Below, piece by piece: positions 28,404 to 38,681 of a stretch of 64,000 bases of DNA. The translations under genes were made by a program, and so were the position numbers. The DNA is from a virus: positions 32,001 through 96,000 of IMG/VR virus record IMGVR_UViG_3300026097_000013. One strand, written 5' to 3'. The first letter of the stretch is position 1. The number at the start of each line of letters is the position of its first letter. The notes under the pieces were generated by a model. It was not told the origin of the DNA, did no database searches, and was given only the letters and a program-made list of their open reading frames with translations.

Positions 28404-31400
28404 TTATGATGATAAAAAGTAATTCAATGCAACTGGTGCACCTTTGATTCCGCCAGTAAAATTAACTTTCTGTGTTATATTTATCTGTGCATTAGTTGTA
28501 GTTGTAATTTCCTGTCCAGAAACTTTAATTACGCCTGCTGTTAAACTATTAACATTTAGTTCGCCTTGGCCTCCGCCAATTTGGCTAGCAATATAAGTTT
28601 TAATTGCCTTTTGTGTTGGAACAATATTATCACTATTAGCAGTAAACGTACCGTCTACACTAAATTCAGTAATAACAGCACCTGTGCCGCCTAGTGCAAC
28701 TGCACCAAGTTGTAGCTCATTCAATCCAGTAATGTTAAACGCATCAGCATTAAGTGTTGCTACACCAGTTGATTGTTCAACGTTGAACAACCCACCAACT
28801 CTAAAGTTACCGTCTTGGTCAGTAGTGGTGTAGAACACTCTACCGCCGCCGCCAGTAAATGTTTCTTTTGTTGGATCGATTGGATTAACTGGAGTGTTAG
28901 GGTAGTTAGTATCTTCAAAATTTCCAGTACCGATATCCAAGAAGTCGTGTCCTGTTAGACGAACTTGTGAATATCTAATTCTAAATTCAATAGGATCGTC
29001 GTGATCTGGTGCATGAGTTATAGTTATTTCTGGACTTACTTGTAATTGTGCAGTATAAGGACCAGTTCCTTCAACATTTCTAACATTTACAAGTTTATAG
29101 TAATCTCCAGGAATTCCTTGGAATGTTAGGTTGGAGCCAGCTTGTGGTATTTCTGTTAATCCACTTACATTAATAAGCGTACCGGGCTGATATCTATCAG
29201 CATATCCGTCACCAACAACGTCAGCTGCTGCTGTTGCCATTCCACTACCACGATTTGTCCATGTAGGCTGTGTTAATACACCGTCGCCGATTCTAACTTC
29301 ATGCGGTGCTTCTACTGTATTATTTGGATCAGTAATAGTCATTGTAGGAGCACTTGTGTATCCTTGTCCAGGATTCCATATACGAATTTCAGTAATCTTA
29401 CCGTCTTCGACTCTTGCGCGAGCTGCTGTAGTATCAGCATATAATCCGCTAGCAGGTGCAGTAAACGATAATCTAGGTTCAATCGAATATGATGTTGTTT
29501 CGTTTAGCGTAGTCTCAATAGCAACACCAGTTACATGATCCCAGCCTGCTGTATCATCACTCATTTTCTTAATAGTAGCAAGCTTTGTACCGCTATTGTA
29601 AGTATCAATATATCCGTATTGACCTGCGCCTACTCCGGATGTAATATATATTGCCATGCCTACATATGCTGCATCAAGTCTAGTATCGGTGTTTGATAAA
29701 GTTATTTGTGTAGCATTACCCGATTGTGCTACATTTTCACTAGTTATATAATCAAGGCCGCCAAAGTTTTCAGCTGGATCTAATAATCTAACTTCAAATA
29801 CGCCGCCATTAACTGTTTGCACTTCATCAATGAGAGCGCCGAAGCCTTCGCCTGATGGTGTAATAGTAGTGGCACCAGCTGTGTAATTTACTCCTGCATT
29901 TCCGTATTCAAGTGTAAGAATATTATTTCCGTCGGTCATAACATTTGTAACAAACGCTTCAAGTGCGTTGTTATTAACGTTACCAGTGATCGGAGTTTCA
30001 GTAATATCAACACCTTCAGCAACTGTACCAAATGCGCCGTATGATGAGTTACCGTTTGTAGCGCGAATCTTACCACCGTTCTCTGCCAAGTAACCGATGT
30101 GTCCATAGTATGAGAACACAGATACAAGTTCTGTTCTGCCTAGGTTAGTACACCATACGCCAATACCATCACTGATAATCTGTGTAAAGTCGTTAGCAAC
30201 AATTGAGTCGTTACCGCCATCATGTAGATCGCCGTCAATCTTACAACCGACACAACCTGTACCAAATGTAGTTACGTTTTGTACGTACGGTGATTTGTTA
30301 ATAATCCATGCGTCGAGGTGTTCTGGTCCCCAACCTGGATCAAGACTTACAAATGCACCTGCTGTTGGACGTTTTGTGCCGTAAACATTTGCAGTAGTTA
30401 GTGACCCAGATAGATCTGCTACAGTACAATTGCGCAAACCTGTTCCGTTACGCATATAAAACATATCTTCTGTTGTACTTCCGCCGACAGCATTTACATA
30501 ATAACGTGCATATAATAATGACTTATAGTTTCCTGTATAAATTAAATCATGCTTAATAGCGTCAATATATCTGTGGATATCTCTTTCGCACTTTGCAACA
30601 TCATATTCATAAGAAGGATATGTATCTGCAATATACGCTGTAACTTCTGCTACTAAGAATGCTCTGTTTGCTTCAAGTGTTTCAACAGCATATGTATAGT
30701 CAGTAGTAGTATTTGGAGTATTTGATCCTGCGCTTACAGGTACAGTCGAATCGCCAGTTGCACCGTTAACACCGTAGTCAATATAATCATAAATTTGTTG
30801 CCATAGACCGGCAGCATCAACACCTGCGCTCGCGCTGCCTGCTGGTGACGTTGTTACTGGATCTAATGAATTTCCTGTAGTCTTTGTAACTACACCGTGT
30901 GTAATAACGTTATTTGTAATTGCTTGTAGTCTACTAATCGCATCAAGAGTGTAAGGTGTATCACTACTATCAACTAGTACACCAGCAGGTGTAATGCGTG
31001 TTGATCGTAATTCGTCGCCGATAACTGCTGTGTTTTCAGGAACAACAATCGGCAGTACTTCTGAAAATTGTCCAGTTTTAACAAATATACTATTTTGAGG
31101 TTTACGTTCAGCTGGAACTTCTGTAGTATTACCAGCAGTAATTGCATCAGTAACAATATTAACTAGTGTTTCTGCAGTCGCTTGTGCATCAGCTTCTTCT
31201 ACAAAGTCAGTATTAATATATTGGTTTAATGAGCCTCTAACTGTTGCAGGAGCAAGGTTTGATAAAATTGCATCTGTTAATGTTTTAATATAATTTAGTC
31301 CTGCTGCTGTTTCTGTTTGATTGCCTGCTGTATATGTATCTCCAGCACTATTAAAGTATGTCAATGATTGTACTCTAGAACGTGCATTGCCGCCGTGTGA

Positions 31401-33152
31401 CAAGTCCCATATAATTGCATCAACAACAGCACCTGCATCTTCTCTAAATGCTGCTTTATCGTATACTCCTACAAGTGCAGGGTATGTTGCATCAATATAT
31501 TCAACAACTTCATCTTGAATAAAGCTTCTGTTTCTCTCTAAAAGATGTTTAGCATTATAACGTATTGCACCTGCTTGAATTTGTTCTGTTGCATAACGAA
31601 TAGTTTTCCAAGGTCGATCTAGTGTAACACCATACAACGGTGCTGGCTCATCAACGCCAGAAATGCTTTCGACATAAAATACATTATTAATACGACCAAG
31701 ATATGCCCACTCTGGAGCATCACCGCTATTATTAACTCTTAATGCTTGTCCTGGCGTGCCTATTGGCAATCTTGTTGCGCCTGCGCCGCCGTAGTAGACA
31801 ATGTCGCCCGAAGTAGTTAAGTTACCAGATTCTGCGCCCGCAACTAATAAATTCCAATTAGTGCCAGTAACATCTTGATCTGGTCTGTTCTGTTCTATAA
31901 CTTCATCTGATGTATGTGCTAATACACAAATATATGAGTTTACACCATGTTGTATACTATCTCCTGCATCATAAAATGTTGCATCAGTCCATGTTCCCTT
32001 CCATTCAACACCTTCGTTTAAACGTTCCCAATATGTTGTATTCGGTGGACGGAATCCTTCATGTTTTTCAATACATAGATATGTATATCCTCCTAAGCGA
32101 ACTACGTCACCTTCAATGTATTCTCTATTTGTACTATCATCTTCGTAGTCGCCAATAAAGCGAAAACCTGTTGTAAATAGATCCCAATCTGCAGGTGTAT
32201 CGCTTGGCTTAGAGCCGACATTGTTTGTAATTGAAACATAACTATAACCGCCATAAGTTACAAAGTCACCTGGTTGGTAATTTGTACCGGCATCCCAGCT
32301 GTCTTCAAATTCTAAACCTTCTACAAATTGTGCCCAATTAGCTTCATCTGCTGCTAAGTTTGTAGATCCGCTTGTATGCTGTGTAGTACAAATCCACAAG
32401 CCGCCACCATACTTTACTACATCATTAATTTTATAACGTGTTGTAACAGCCCAGTCTGATTTGTATTCAATGCCTTTGTGTAAGTAATCCCACTTAGCTT
32501 GATCTGCTTCTAATCCTTCTGCTTCTGTTGCAGCACTAGTATGACCTGTATTTGCAACATAAAGTGTGCCGCCAAAGCGAACAATGTCATTAACTCTATA
32601 ACGAGTATCTACATCCCATTCACCTGTCCAATAAAAGCCTTCTGAAAATATATCCCAATTAGCTTGATCTAATTCTAATCCTTCTGCTTCTGTTGCAGCA
32701 CTAGTGTGTTCTTGTGTACATATGTAAACTGTGCCATTGTACTTTACAATGTCATTAACTTTATAGCGAGTTCCTGTAAACCAATTTGTTTTATAATCAA
32801 AGCCTTCTGCATAAAGATCCCACTTGGCTTGATCTGCTTCTAATCCGTCATCTGCATTTAGTGTACTTGTATGTGCTTCATTACAGACATATAAGTATCC
32901 GCCATATTTTACAATATCATTTACTTTGTAGTATGTTTCTACAAGCCAATTTGATTTCCAATCAGTACCATCTGAAATTTTATTCCAATATATTGATTGC
33001 GAATCTGTAAACATTGTCGGAGCAGTATGGCCTGCAATGCATACATATGTGTTTCCGCCATTGCGAACAATATCGTCTTTGTAGTAGACTGTAGAAGCTG
33101 CCCAGTCGCCCTTCCAAATAAATCTAATTCTACCTAATTTAAACTCTGCCAT
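28404..33152 (-). CDS. Large fibre/appendage protein with eight N-terminal CBM5/12-like repeats and a beta-helix-like region
   Basis: Eight W...Y...D.V..GG..Y.C...HTS repeats; VFYV...PWKTIRYA...KTGQFSEVLP..VPENTAVIGDELRST; C-terminal RLTGHDFLDIG...DQDGNFRVG. Confidence 0.65.
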   Translation of the reverse strand: MAEFKLGRIRFIWKGDWAASTVYYKDDIVRNGGNTYVCIAGHTAPTMFTDSQSIYWNKISDGTDWKSNWLVETYYKVNDIVKYGGYLYVCNEAHTSTLNADDGLEADQAKWDLYAEGFDYKTNWFTGTRYKVNDIVKYNGTVYICTQEHTSAATEAEGLELDQANWDIFSEGFYWTGEWDVDTRYRVNDIVRFGGTLYVANTGHTSAATEAEGLEADQAKWDYLHKGIEYKSDWAVTTRYKINDVVKYGGGLWICTTQHTSGSTNLAADEANWAQFVEGLEFEDSWDAGTNYQPGDFVTYGGYSYVSITNNVGSKPSDTPADWDLFTTGFRFIGDYEDDSTNREYIEGDVVRLGGYTYLCIEKHEGFRPPNTTYWERLNEGVEWKGTWTDATFYDAGDSIQHGVNSYICVLAHTSDEVIEQNRPDQDVTGTNWNLLVAGAESGNLTTSGDIVYYGGAGATRLPIGTPGQALRVNNSGDAPEWAYLGRINNVFYVESISGVDEPAPLYGVTLDRPWKTIRYATEQIQAGAIRYNAKHLLERNRSFIQDEVVEYIDATYPALVGVYDKAAFREDAGAVVDAIIWDLSHGGNARSRVQSLTYFNSAGDTYTAGNQTETAAGLNYIKTLTDAILSNLAPATVRGSLNQYINTDFVEEADAQATAETLVNIVTDAITAGNTTEVPAERKPQNSIFVKTGQFSEVLPIVVPENTAVIGDELRSTRITPAGVLVDSSDTPYTLDAISRLQAITNNVITHGVVTKTTGNSLDPVTTSPAGSASAGVDAAGLWQQIYDYIDYGVNGATGDSTVPVSAGSNTPNTTTDYTYAVETLEANRAFLVAEVTAYIADTYPSYEYDVAKCERDIHRYIDAIKHDLIYTGNYKSLLYARYYVNAVGGSTTEDMFYMRNGTGLRNCTVADLSGSLTTANVYGTKRPTAGAFVSLDPGWGPEHLDAWIINKSPYVQNVTTFGTGCVGCKIDGDLHDGGNDSIVANDFTQIISDGIGVWCTNLGRTELVSVFSYYGHIGYLAENGGKIRATNGNSSYGAFGTVAEGVDITETPITGNVNNNALEAFVTNVMTDGNNILTLEYGNAGVNYTAGATTITPSGEGFGALIDEVQTVNGGVFEVRLLDPAENFGGLDYITSENVAQSGNATQITLSNTDTRLDAAYVGMAIYITSGVGAGQYGYIDTYNSGTKLATIKKMSDDTAGWDHVTGVAIETTLNETTSYSIEPRLSFTAPASGLYADTTAARARVEDGKITEIRIWNPGQGYTSAPTMTITDPNNTVEAPHEVRIGDGVLTQPTWTNRGSGMATAAADVVGDGYADRYQPGTLINVSGLTEIPQAGSNLTFQGIPGDYYKLVNVRNVEGTGPYTAQLQVSPEITITHAPDHDDPIEFRIRYSQVRLTGHDFLDIGTGNFEDTNYPNTPVNPIDPTKETFTGGGGRVFYTTTDQDGNFRVGGLFNVEQSTGVATLNADAFNITGLNELQLGAVALGGTGAVITEFSVDGTFTANSDNIVPTQKAIKTYIASQIGGGQGELNVNSLTAGVIKVSGQEITTTTNAQINITQKVNFTGGIKGAPVALNYFLSS

Positions 33153-33191
33153 TTAAAAACTCCGCTCTATTTAATATATTTATCATTATGC

Positions 33192-36100
33192 TTACTTTCC
33201 GGACGCAAAGAACATTTGTGCTAAGTAATCGCCGTCTATTCCATCTGTCATATCAACATCTACAGGAATATTTATGTCAAGTCCTGAGGTTGTTGAAATA
33301 CTACTTCCTGTTATTTTTACTTGTCCTGCAAATAATGTATTTGTTACTGCATCTGCGCCGCCTCCGGATATTCTACTTTGTAGATATTCTTGAATAGCTG
33401 CTTCTGTAGGAACAATATTATTTGAGTTAGCTGCAAATGTTGGTTCTTTACTAAACTCTCTAATCACAACTGCACTTCCGCCTAACTGAACTCCGCCTAA
33501 ACTAAGTTCTTCTAGTCCCGATAGTTCAAAGAAATCAGCATTAATAGATACAACTCCAGTTGCCTGTTCAACTGCAAACAATTCACCAACTCGGAAGTTA
33601 CCGTCTTGGTCAGTTGATGTATAGAACACTCTACCGCCGCCTTCTTGAGTAACTTCGTTAAACGGTTGCGGTTCATTTTCAGAAACATATCCTTCAAGAT
33701 ACAGCTGAGGATATGCTGTACTAGTTGTGTTACCGGAACCGATGTCCAAGAAGTCGTGTCCTGTTAGACGTACCTGACTGTATAATTCTCTTAATATCAA
33801 AGTCTCATTATGGTCTGGTGAGTTTTCATTAGTCAATGGCGGACTAACTTCAATAGTTACGTCAAAGTTAGGCGATGTTCCTGACTGCGACACAATCTTC
33901 GTTAGTCTATAGTTAATGTCATTAATTCCGTTGATAACAACGTTTGCACCAGGTCCGGGAACTAATGACACATTCTTAAGATTTATACGTTTCCCAGTTT
34001 GATAAATGTCTGCAAATCCGTCTCCTGTAATTTCTGCTGTAGCAGTAACATATCCTTCACCTCTATTTGTAAACACAGGTTGCGGTAATACACCATCGAA
34101 TATTCTCGGTGCATCTAATGCATCAATAGTATTTTCGTTATCAAATACTAATACTCCTGGAGTTGATGTATAGTTGGATCCGGGATCATATATTGTAAAG
34201 TTTTGAATTCTACTCGAACTTACTGCTACTCTTGATACAGCACCTGCACCAGAAGCATATTTGTAAACATCGTTAGAGTTTTGATTCCAATTCCACAATT
34301 CGTTATCGAGAGCATATACTCCGTCTACAGGTGATTGTATTGTAAATTGTGTACTATCTTCATCAAAGAATTTCCAAGTATACCCGTCTTTAGATCTAGC
34401 AATAACTTGAGTTCCGGTTGTATCAGGCCAAGCTAAAAATTGACCATTTTGATAAACTACTCTAAAAAAAGCAGATACAATAGGTAAGTTTGATAAATGA
34501 CCATCATCGTTATACCAAGTTATGCCGTCAAAACTATAAGCAGCTTTAACCTCGTTTCCTGTACCTCTACCTACTGCAACAAATCTTCCATTTCCGTAAG
34601 TAAGATCGTCCCACTCAATATTAATAGGTAAAAGTGTTAAACTTTCGGTCCAAGAATTTCCGTTATCAGTAGAATACGCACCTTTGCCGTCTTGTTTTAT
34701 AACTACCCAAGTGCTGTTACCGTAAGCTATACCTGTAGTAGATGCGCCGCCGCCGATAGTTGAGAAAGAATTAACAGATAAGTTGCCTCCATTTTCATCA
34801 AATGTTTGCCAAAGACTAGCATTTCCGTCAATGGCAATATGATTACCAATGTCTGTGTTTACTGCCATAACAACATATTGGTTAGCTGATAAACCTATAC
34901 TACTCCAACTGTTTGAATTTGTATTATATCTATAAACTGTATTGTTATTTTGATATAAGAAATAAGCACTTGTGTTATATGTTGTTACCATTTTTGGATA
35001 ATTATTAAAAAATCCAGTTCCGGTTATATCAGACACATTAGAAACAAAACTAGTTCCGTTTGTACTAATTGCAGAATCGCCATTTTCGTTTACTGCTATG
35101 TAAGTACCGTCAACATACGCCATACTTAATATACTAGAACTACTTGCAAAAGTTCCAGGCCAAGATAATGTATTTGTAGATTCTGTCCAACCTGGATCAT
35201 CAATAATTACTCTTGGTTCTAAACTATATCTAGTAGTTGAATTTAACTCAGTTTCGATTGGTCTGCCTGGATATAAGTTTTCCCATCCATTAGTATCGTT
35301 GTATTCTTTACTGATGATTGCAACTTTAGTTGTTTCGTTGTATCCACTAATATAGCCATATTGTCCTACACCTTTACCAGAAACAATTACAATTCTCATT
35401 CCTATATATTTTTCAGGTGTACCAGTGTCGTCTGATGCAGCTAGTATTATTGATCCAGTATCTCCGCCTTGGGCATTGTTAAGCAAATATTGATAATTTA
35501 TTCCGCCCGGTGTGCTTGAATCAGAAGGATCAATTAATCTAATTTGTGATATAGCATTATCTCTATATTCTTCGTACACTACATTTGCATTAATTCCTGT
35601 GCCTGCTATTGTGCCAGTTGCACTAGTGTAATTTTGGCCAGCATGTTCATAACCAAATGCAATTAATTCATTACCATTAGTGTGTACTATATCTACTTGT
35701 GCTTCTAGTGTTTGGTTATTTATTTCAGCAGTAATCGGTGTTTCAGTTAAACTAAATCCTTCTGCTCTAGAACCGTATGTACCATAAGAATTGTTACCAT
35801 TTGTAGCACGTAAGATTCCGCCGTTTTGCGCAAAGTATCCAATATAACAAAAATATGTAAACACACTTACAAGTTCTGATCTGCCGCCATTTAGTGCCCA
35901 ATAACCAATACCGTCACTTATTACTTGTGTAAAATCATTTGCTACTATGGATTTATTACCGCTGTCGTGTAAACTACCGTCAATTTTCATACCAACACAT
36001 GCTGTGCCAAAAGCAGTAACATTTTGAACATAACACGATTTATTAGTAATCCATACACTTTCGTCGTCTGATCCTGTTCCTGGATCGAGACTTACATATG

Positions 36101-37955
36101 CTCCACCTGTAGGAAGTCGAGTATTATATTCATTTCCTCCAATTGGCAAATCTCCTGATAGCCCTTGAAGTGTCATGTTTCTTATTCCACTACCATTATT
36201 AACGAAGAACATGTGACTAGTTTCGTATCCAGCAGCTGGTGTAATCACGGTACTTCTTAATTCGTCGCCGACTAATGCACAATTTCTAGGAACTTTAATA
36301 GGCAATATCTCTTCATATATTCCAGTTTTAATAAAAATAGTACTATTAGTAGTATTAGTATCGACATTATTTAAAACATATTCACATGCATACTTTACAG
36401 TTCTAAACGGAGTGTTTAATGACTTTCCGGCATATGATTCGTCAATTCCGTCTATGCTTACATAAAAAACATTTTCTACAACTTCAAAATCTTGCCAATT
36501 AATAATAGATCCAGATGAAGATAGTACAGAACCTGCATTACCAATAGCATTGCGTATAGTTGATAATCCGTCGTGTGTTCTTAAATCGCCTATTGAGGTT
36601 AATACATTACTAGAAGTGCCTTGTAATAGAACTCTCCAATAATTTTCATTTGTATTTTCAATATCTAAATCTGGACGATTATCACTTTCAATTCCTAAAT
36701 GTTCATTAATACAAATATATGCTGTACCTGCGTAAGTAACTACATCACCTAAATGGTATTCAGTATTATCTGTCCATTCTTTTTTCCATTTTCGACCTGT
36801 TACTAAAATTTGCCATTTAGAATCATCTGTATTTGGTTTTACAGCAGTACTGTCGCCTACTGCAATATAAAGATACCCCTGGTCTCTTATAACATTGCCA
36901 GTTTTATATGAAGTTATTTCTGACCAGTCGCCTAAGTGTGTGTAACCTGCAACTAGTAATTCCCAGTCTCCTGTGTCTTGCAATATGCCATTTACACTAG
37001 GTACACTATTTAAATTGTTAGTTAACGCAGTATATGTATATCCGCCATATAAAACAATATCACCTTTTTTATATTCTGTAGCACTTTCCCATAAACTTTC
37101 ATATGTTAACCCAGGTATATATACTTCCCAATTAGATTGATCTTCTCTTAATGTTGTAGTTGAAGTGTGTCCTTGTAAAGCTCTCCATAAAACACTGCCA
37201 CTTTTAACAATGTCATATTTTTTATATCTAGTTGTAGTAGTCCAGTCGCCTTTATATTCAATACCTTCTACAAATATTTCCCACTTATTTTGATCTTCTT
37301 CAAGACCTAATGCTAATGTTTCTGCACTAGTATGTCCAGTTAAACATCGATAACTAATAGCACCGTATTTTACAATATCTTTAGCAACGTATCTAGTGTT
37401 AGTTTCCCAATCAGCTTGCCAACTATCTGAGGTAGTTAAAATAGTCCAACTTGGCTGATTATCTTCTAGACCAAGTGCTTCGTCTGCTGCTGATTGATGT
37501 TTGGAAGAACAAATATAAACAATACCGTTGTTTCTAACAACATCTCCTAGATCATAATATGTATCAATTGTCCATTCATTTAGCCAATTATATGTAGTTG
37601 CAACAATTTTCCAATTTGATATATCTGCAGGCAAGCCTAAATTATTTACAATAGTTGAAGTGTGTGCTGTTACACATTCATATACATATCCTTTAAACTT
37701 TACTATATCACCAGGTGTATAATACGTTTCGCTTGTCCATACATTTTTCCAAGCTTTTCCGTCAAACATTAATTCCCATTTTGAATTAGCATCATTAAGG
37801 TCAGTACTTAAATTATCAGTATTTGATGTATGTCCGATCAAACAAACATATGCTTTACCATTGTAGTAAACAATATCGTCTTTGGTATAAGCTGTGTCAC
37901 CTGTCCAATCACCTTTCCATCTAAATCTGATTCTATCTAAATTAAAATTTGCCAT
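33192..37955 (-). CDS. Paralogous large fibre/appendage protein
   Basis: Same architecture as 28404-33152 (eight repeats, beta-helix-like region, RLTGHDFLDIG, DQDGNFRVG) but a different central segment with Trp/Asp-box-like motifs (YSTDNGNSW, YSFDGITW, SKDGYTW). Confidence 0.65.
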   Translation of the reverse strand: MANFNLDRIRFRWKGDWTGDTAYTKDDIVYYNGKAYVCLIGHTSNTDNLSTDLNDANSKWELMFDGKAWKNVWTSETYYTPGDIVKFKGYVYECVTAHTSTIVNNLGLPADISNWKIVATTYNWLNEWTIDTYYDLGDVVRNNGIVYICSSKHQSAADEALGLEDNQPSWTILTTSDSWQADWETNTRYVAKDIVKYGAISYRCLTGHTSAETLALGLEEDQNKWEIFVEGIEYKGDWTTTTRYKKYDIVKSGSVLWRALQGHTSTTTLREDQSNWEVYIPGLTYESLWESATEYKKGDIVLYGGYTYTALTNNLNSVPSVNGILQDTGDWELLVAGYTHLGDWSEITSYKTGNVIRDQGYLYIAVGDSTAVKPNTDDSKWQILVTGRKWKKEWTDNTEYHLGDVVTYAGTAYICINEHLGIESDNRPDLDIENTNENYWRVLLQGTSSNVLTSIGDLRTHDGLSTIRNAIGNAGSVLSSSGSIINWQDFEVVENVFYVSIDGIDESYAGKSLNTPFRTVKYACEYVLNNVDTNTTNSTIFIKTGIYEEILPIKVPRNCALVGDELRSTVITPAAGYETSHMFFVNNGSGIRNMTLQGLSGDLPIGGNEYNTRLPTGGAYVSLDPGTGSDDESVWITNKSCYVQNVTAFGTACVGMKIDGSLHDSGNKSIVANDFTQVISDGIGYWALNGGRSELVSVFTYFCYIGYFAQNGGILRATNGNNSYGTYGSRAEGFSLTETPITAEINNQTLEAQVDIVHTNGNELIAFGYEHAGQNYTSATGTIAGTGINANVVYEEYRDNAISQIRLIDPSDSSTPGGINYQYLLNNAQGGDTGSIILAASDDTGTPEKYIGMRIVIVSGKGVGQYGYISGYNETTKVAIISKEYNDTNGWENLYPGRPIETELNSTTRYSLEPRVIIDDPGWTESTNTLSWPGTFASSSSILSMAYVDGTYIAVNENGDSAISTNGTSFVSNVSDITGTGFFNNYPKMVTTYNTSAYFLYQNNNTVYRYNTNSNSWSSIGLSANQYVVMAVNTDIGNHIAIDGNASLWQTFDENGGNLSVNSFSTIGGGASTTGIAYGNSTWVVIKQDGKGAYSTDNGNSWTESLTLLPINIEWDDLTYGNGRFVAVGRGTGNEVKAAYSFDGITWYNDDGHLSNLPIVSAFFRVVYQNGQFLAWPDTTGTQVIARSKDGYTWKFFDEDSTQFTIQSPVDGVYALDNELWNWNQNSNDVYKYASGAGAVSRVAVSSSRIQNFTIYDPGSNYTSTPGVLVFDNENTIDALDAPRIFDGVLPQPVFTNRGEGYVTATAEITGDGFADIYQTGKRINLKNVSLVPGPGANVVINGINDINYRLTKIVSQSGTSPNFDVTIEVSPPLTNENSPDHNETLILRELYSQVRLTGHDFLDIGSGNTTSTAYPQLYLEGYVSENEPQPFNEVTQEGGGRVFYTSTDQDGNFRVGELFAVEQATGVVSINADFFELSGLEELSLGGVQLGGSAVVIREFSKEPTFAANSNNIVPTEAAIQEYLQSRISGGGADAVTNTLFAGQVKITGSSISTTSGLDINIPVDVDMTDGIDGDYLAQMFFASGK

Positions 37956-37966
37956 TTTCTACTCTC

Positions 37967-38338
37967 TTATAATCCGTTAGACGATGAATTTTCATCGTAT
38001 GTGAAACTGTGGTTTACTCTTGCTATTAATTCGCCTTCGTCGTTTACATAGTAAGATATGTTGCGACCATCCCAACGAAATTGTTCATAATTTAAATTTT
38101 CATATACTAAATTATGATCAACATCTCTTCCTTCATAAAAATCTTGTCCTTCTTCAAAACTAGAATAGTTTTGTGACGGATCTCCGGGTTTATTTATTGT
38201 AATCTCGTCAACGGTTGACATCTGATCTATTTTACCAATAAACAACTCGCCGTCGTCAGTTCTACGTAGACCGTAAAAATATCGATCAGGTATTGCGCCG
38301 TTTATGTGATCTGGTGTTGTTCCTGTGTAATTTGACAT
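37967..38338 (-). CDS. Hypothetical protein
   Basis: 123-aa ORF inside the fibre operon. Confidence 0.6.
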   Translation of the reverse strand: MSNYTGTTPDHINGAIPDRYFYGLRRTDDGELFIGKIDQMSTVDEITINKPGDPSQNYSSFEEGQDFYEGRDVDHNLVYENLNYEQFRWDGRNISYYVNDEGELIARVNHSFTYDENSSSNGL

Positions 38339-38347
38339 AACTTTTCC

Positions 38348-38677
38348 TTATACAATATCTACGTAACTAATAACTGCATCTAGTGCGTTGTCGCCACTAG
38401 CAACTAAATATAATTGATTAGTTGGAGCAAGTATTAATTTTTCGCCTGCTGCCAGTGCTTTTAAACTACTATTCGGTGGTATCATAACATCTTTCATTAA
38501 ATAACCTTCAACACTTGTATCGTCATGCACTAATACACTTGCATAAACAATAAAATCTGTTAGATTAGCTAAATTAAGTCCAATTATAGTTGAACGTGTA
38601 ACAGCATCTGTTTCTATTGCAAGGATAGGAACATTTCCTACTTCTTTAACTACTTTGTTTTTAAATTGTGTTGCCAT
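38348..38677 (-). CDS. Small beta-sandwich partner protein (paralog)
   Basis: 109 aa; STIIGLNLAN...YLMKDVMIPPNSSL...EKLILAP...VISYVDI. Confidence 0.6.
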   Translation of the reverse strand: MATQFKNKVVKEVGNVPILAIETDAVTRSTIIGLNLANLTDFIVYASVLVHDDTSVEGYLMKDVMIPPNSSLKALAAGEKLILAPTNQLYLVASGDNALDAVISYVDIV

Positions 38678-38681
38678 TTCT

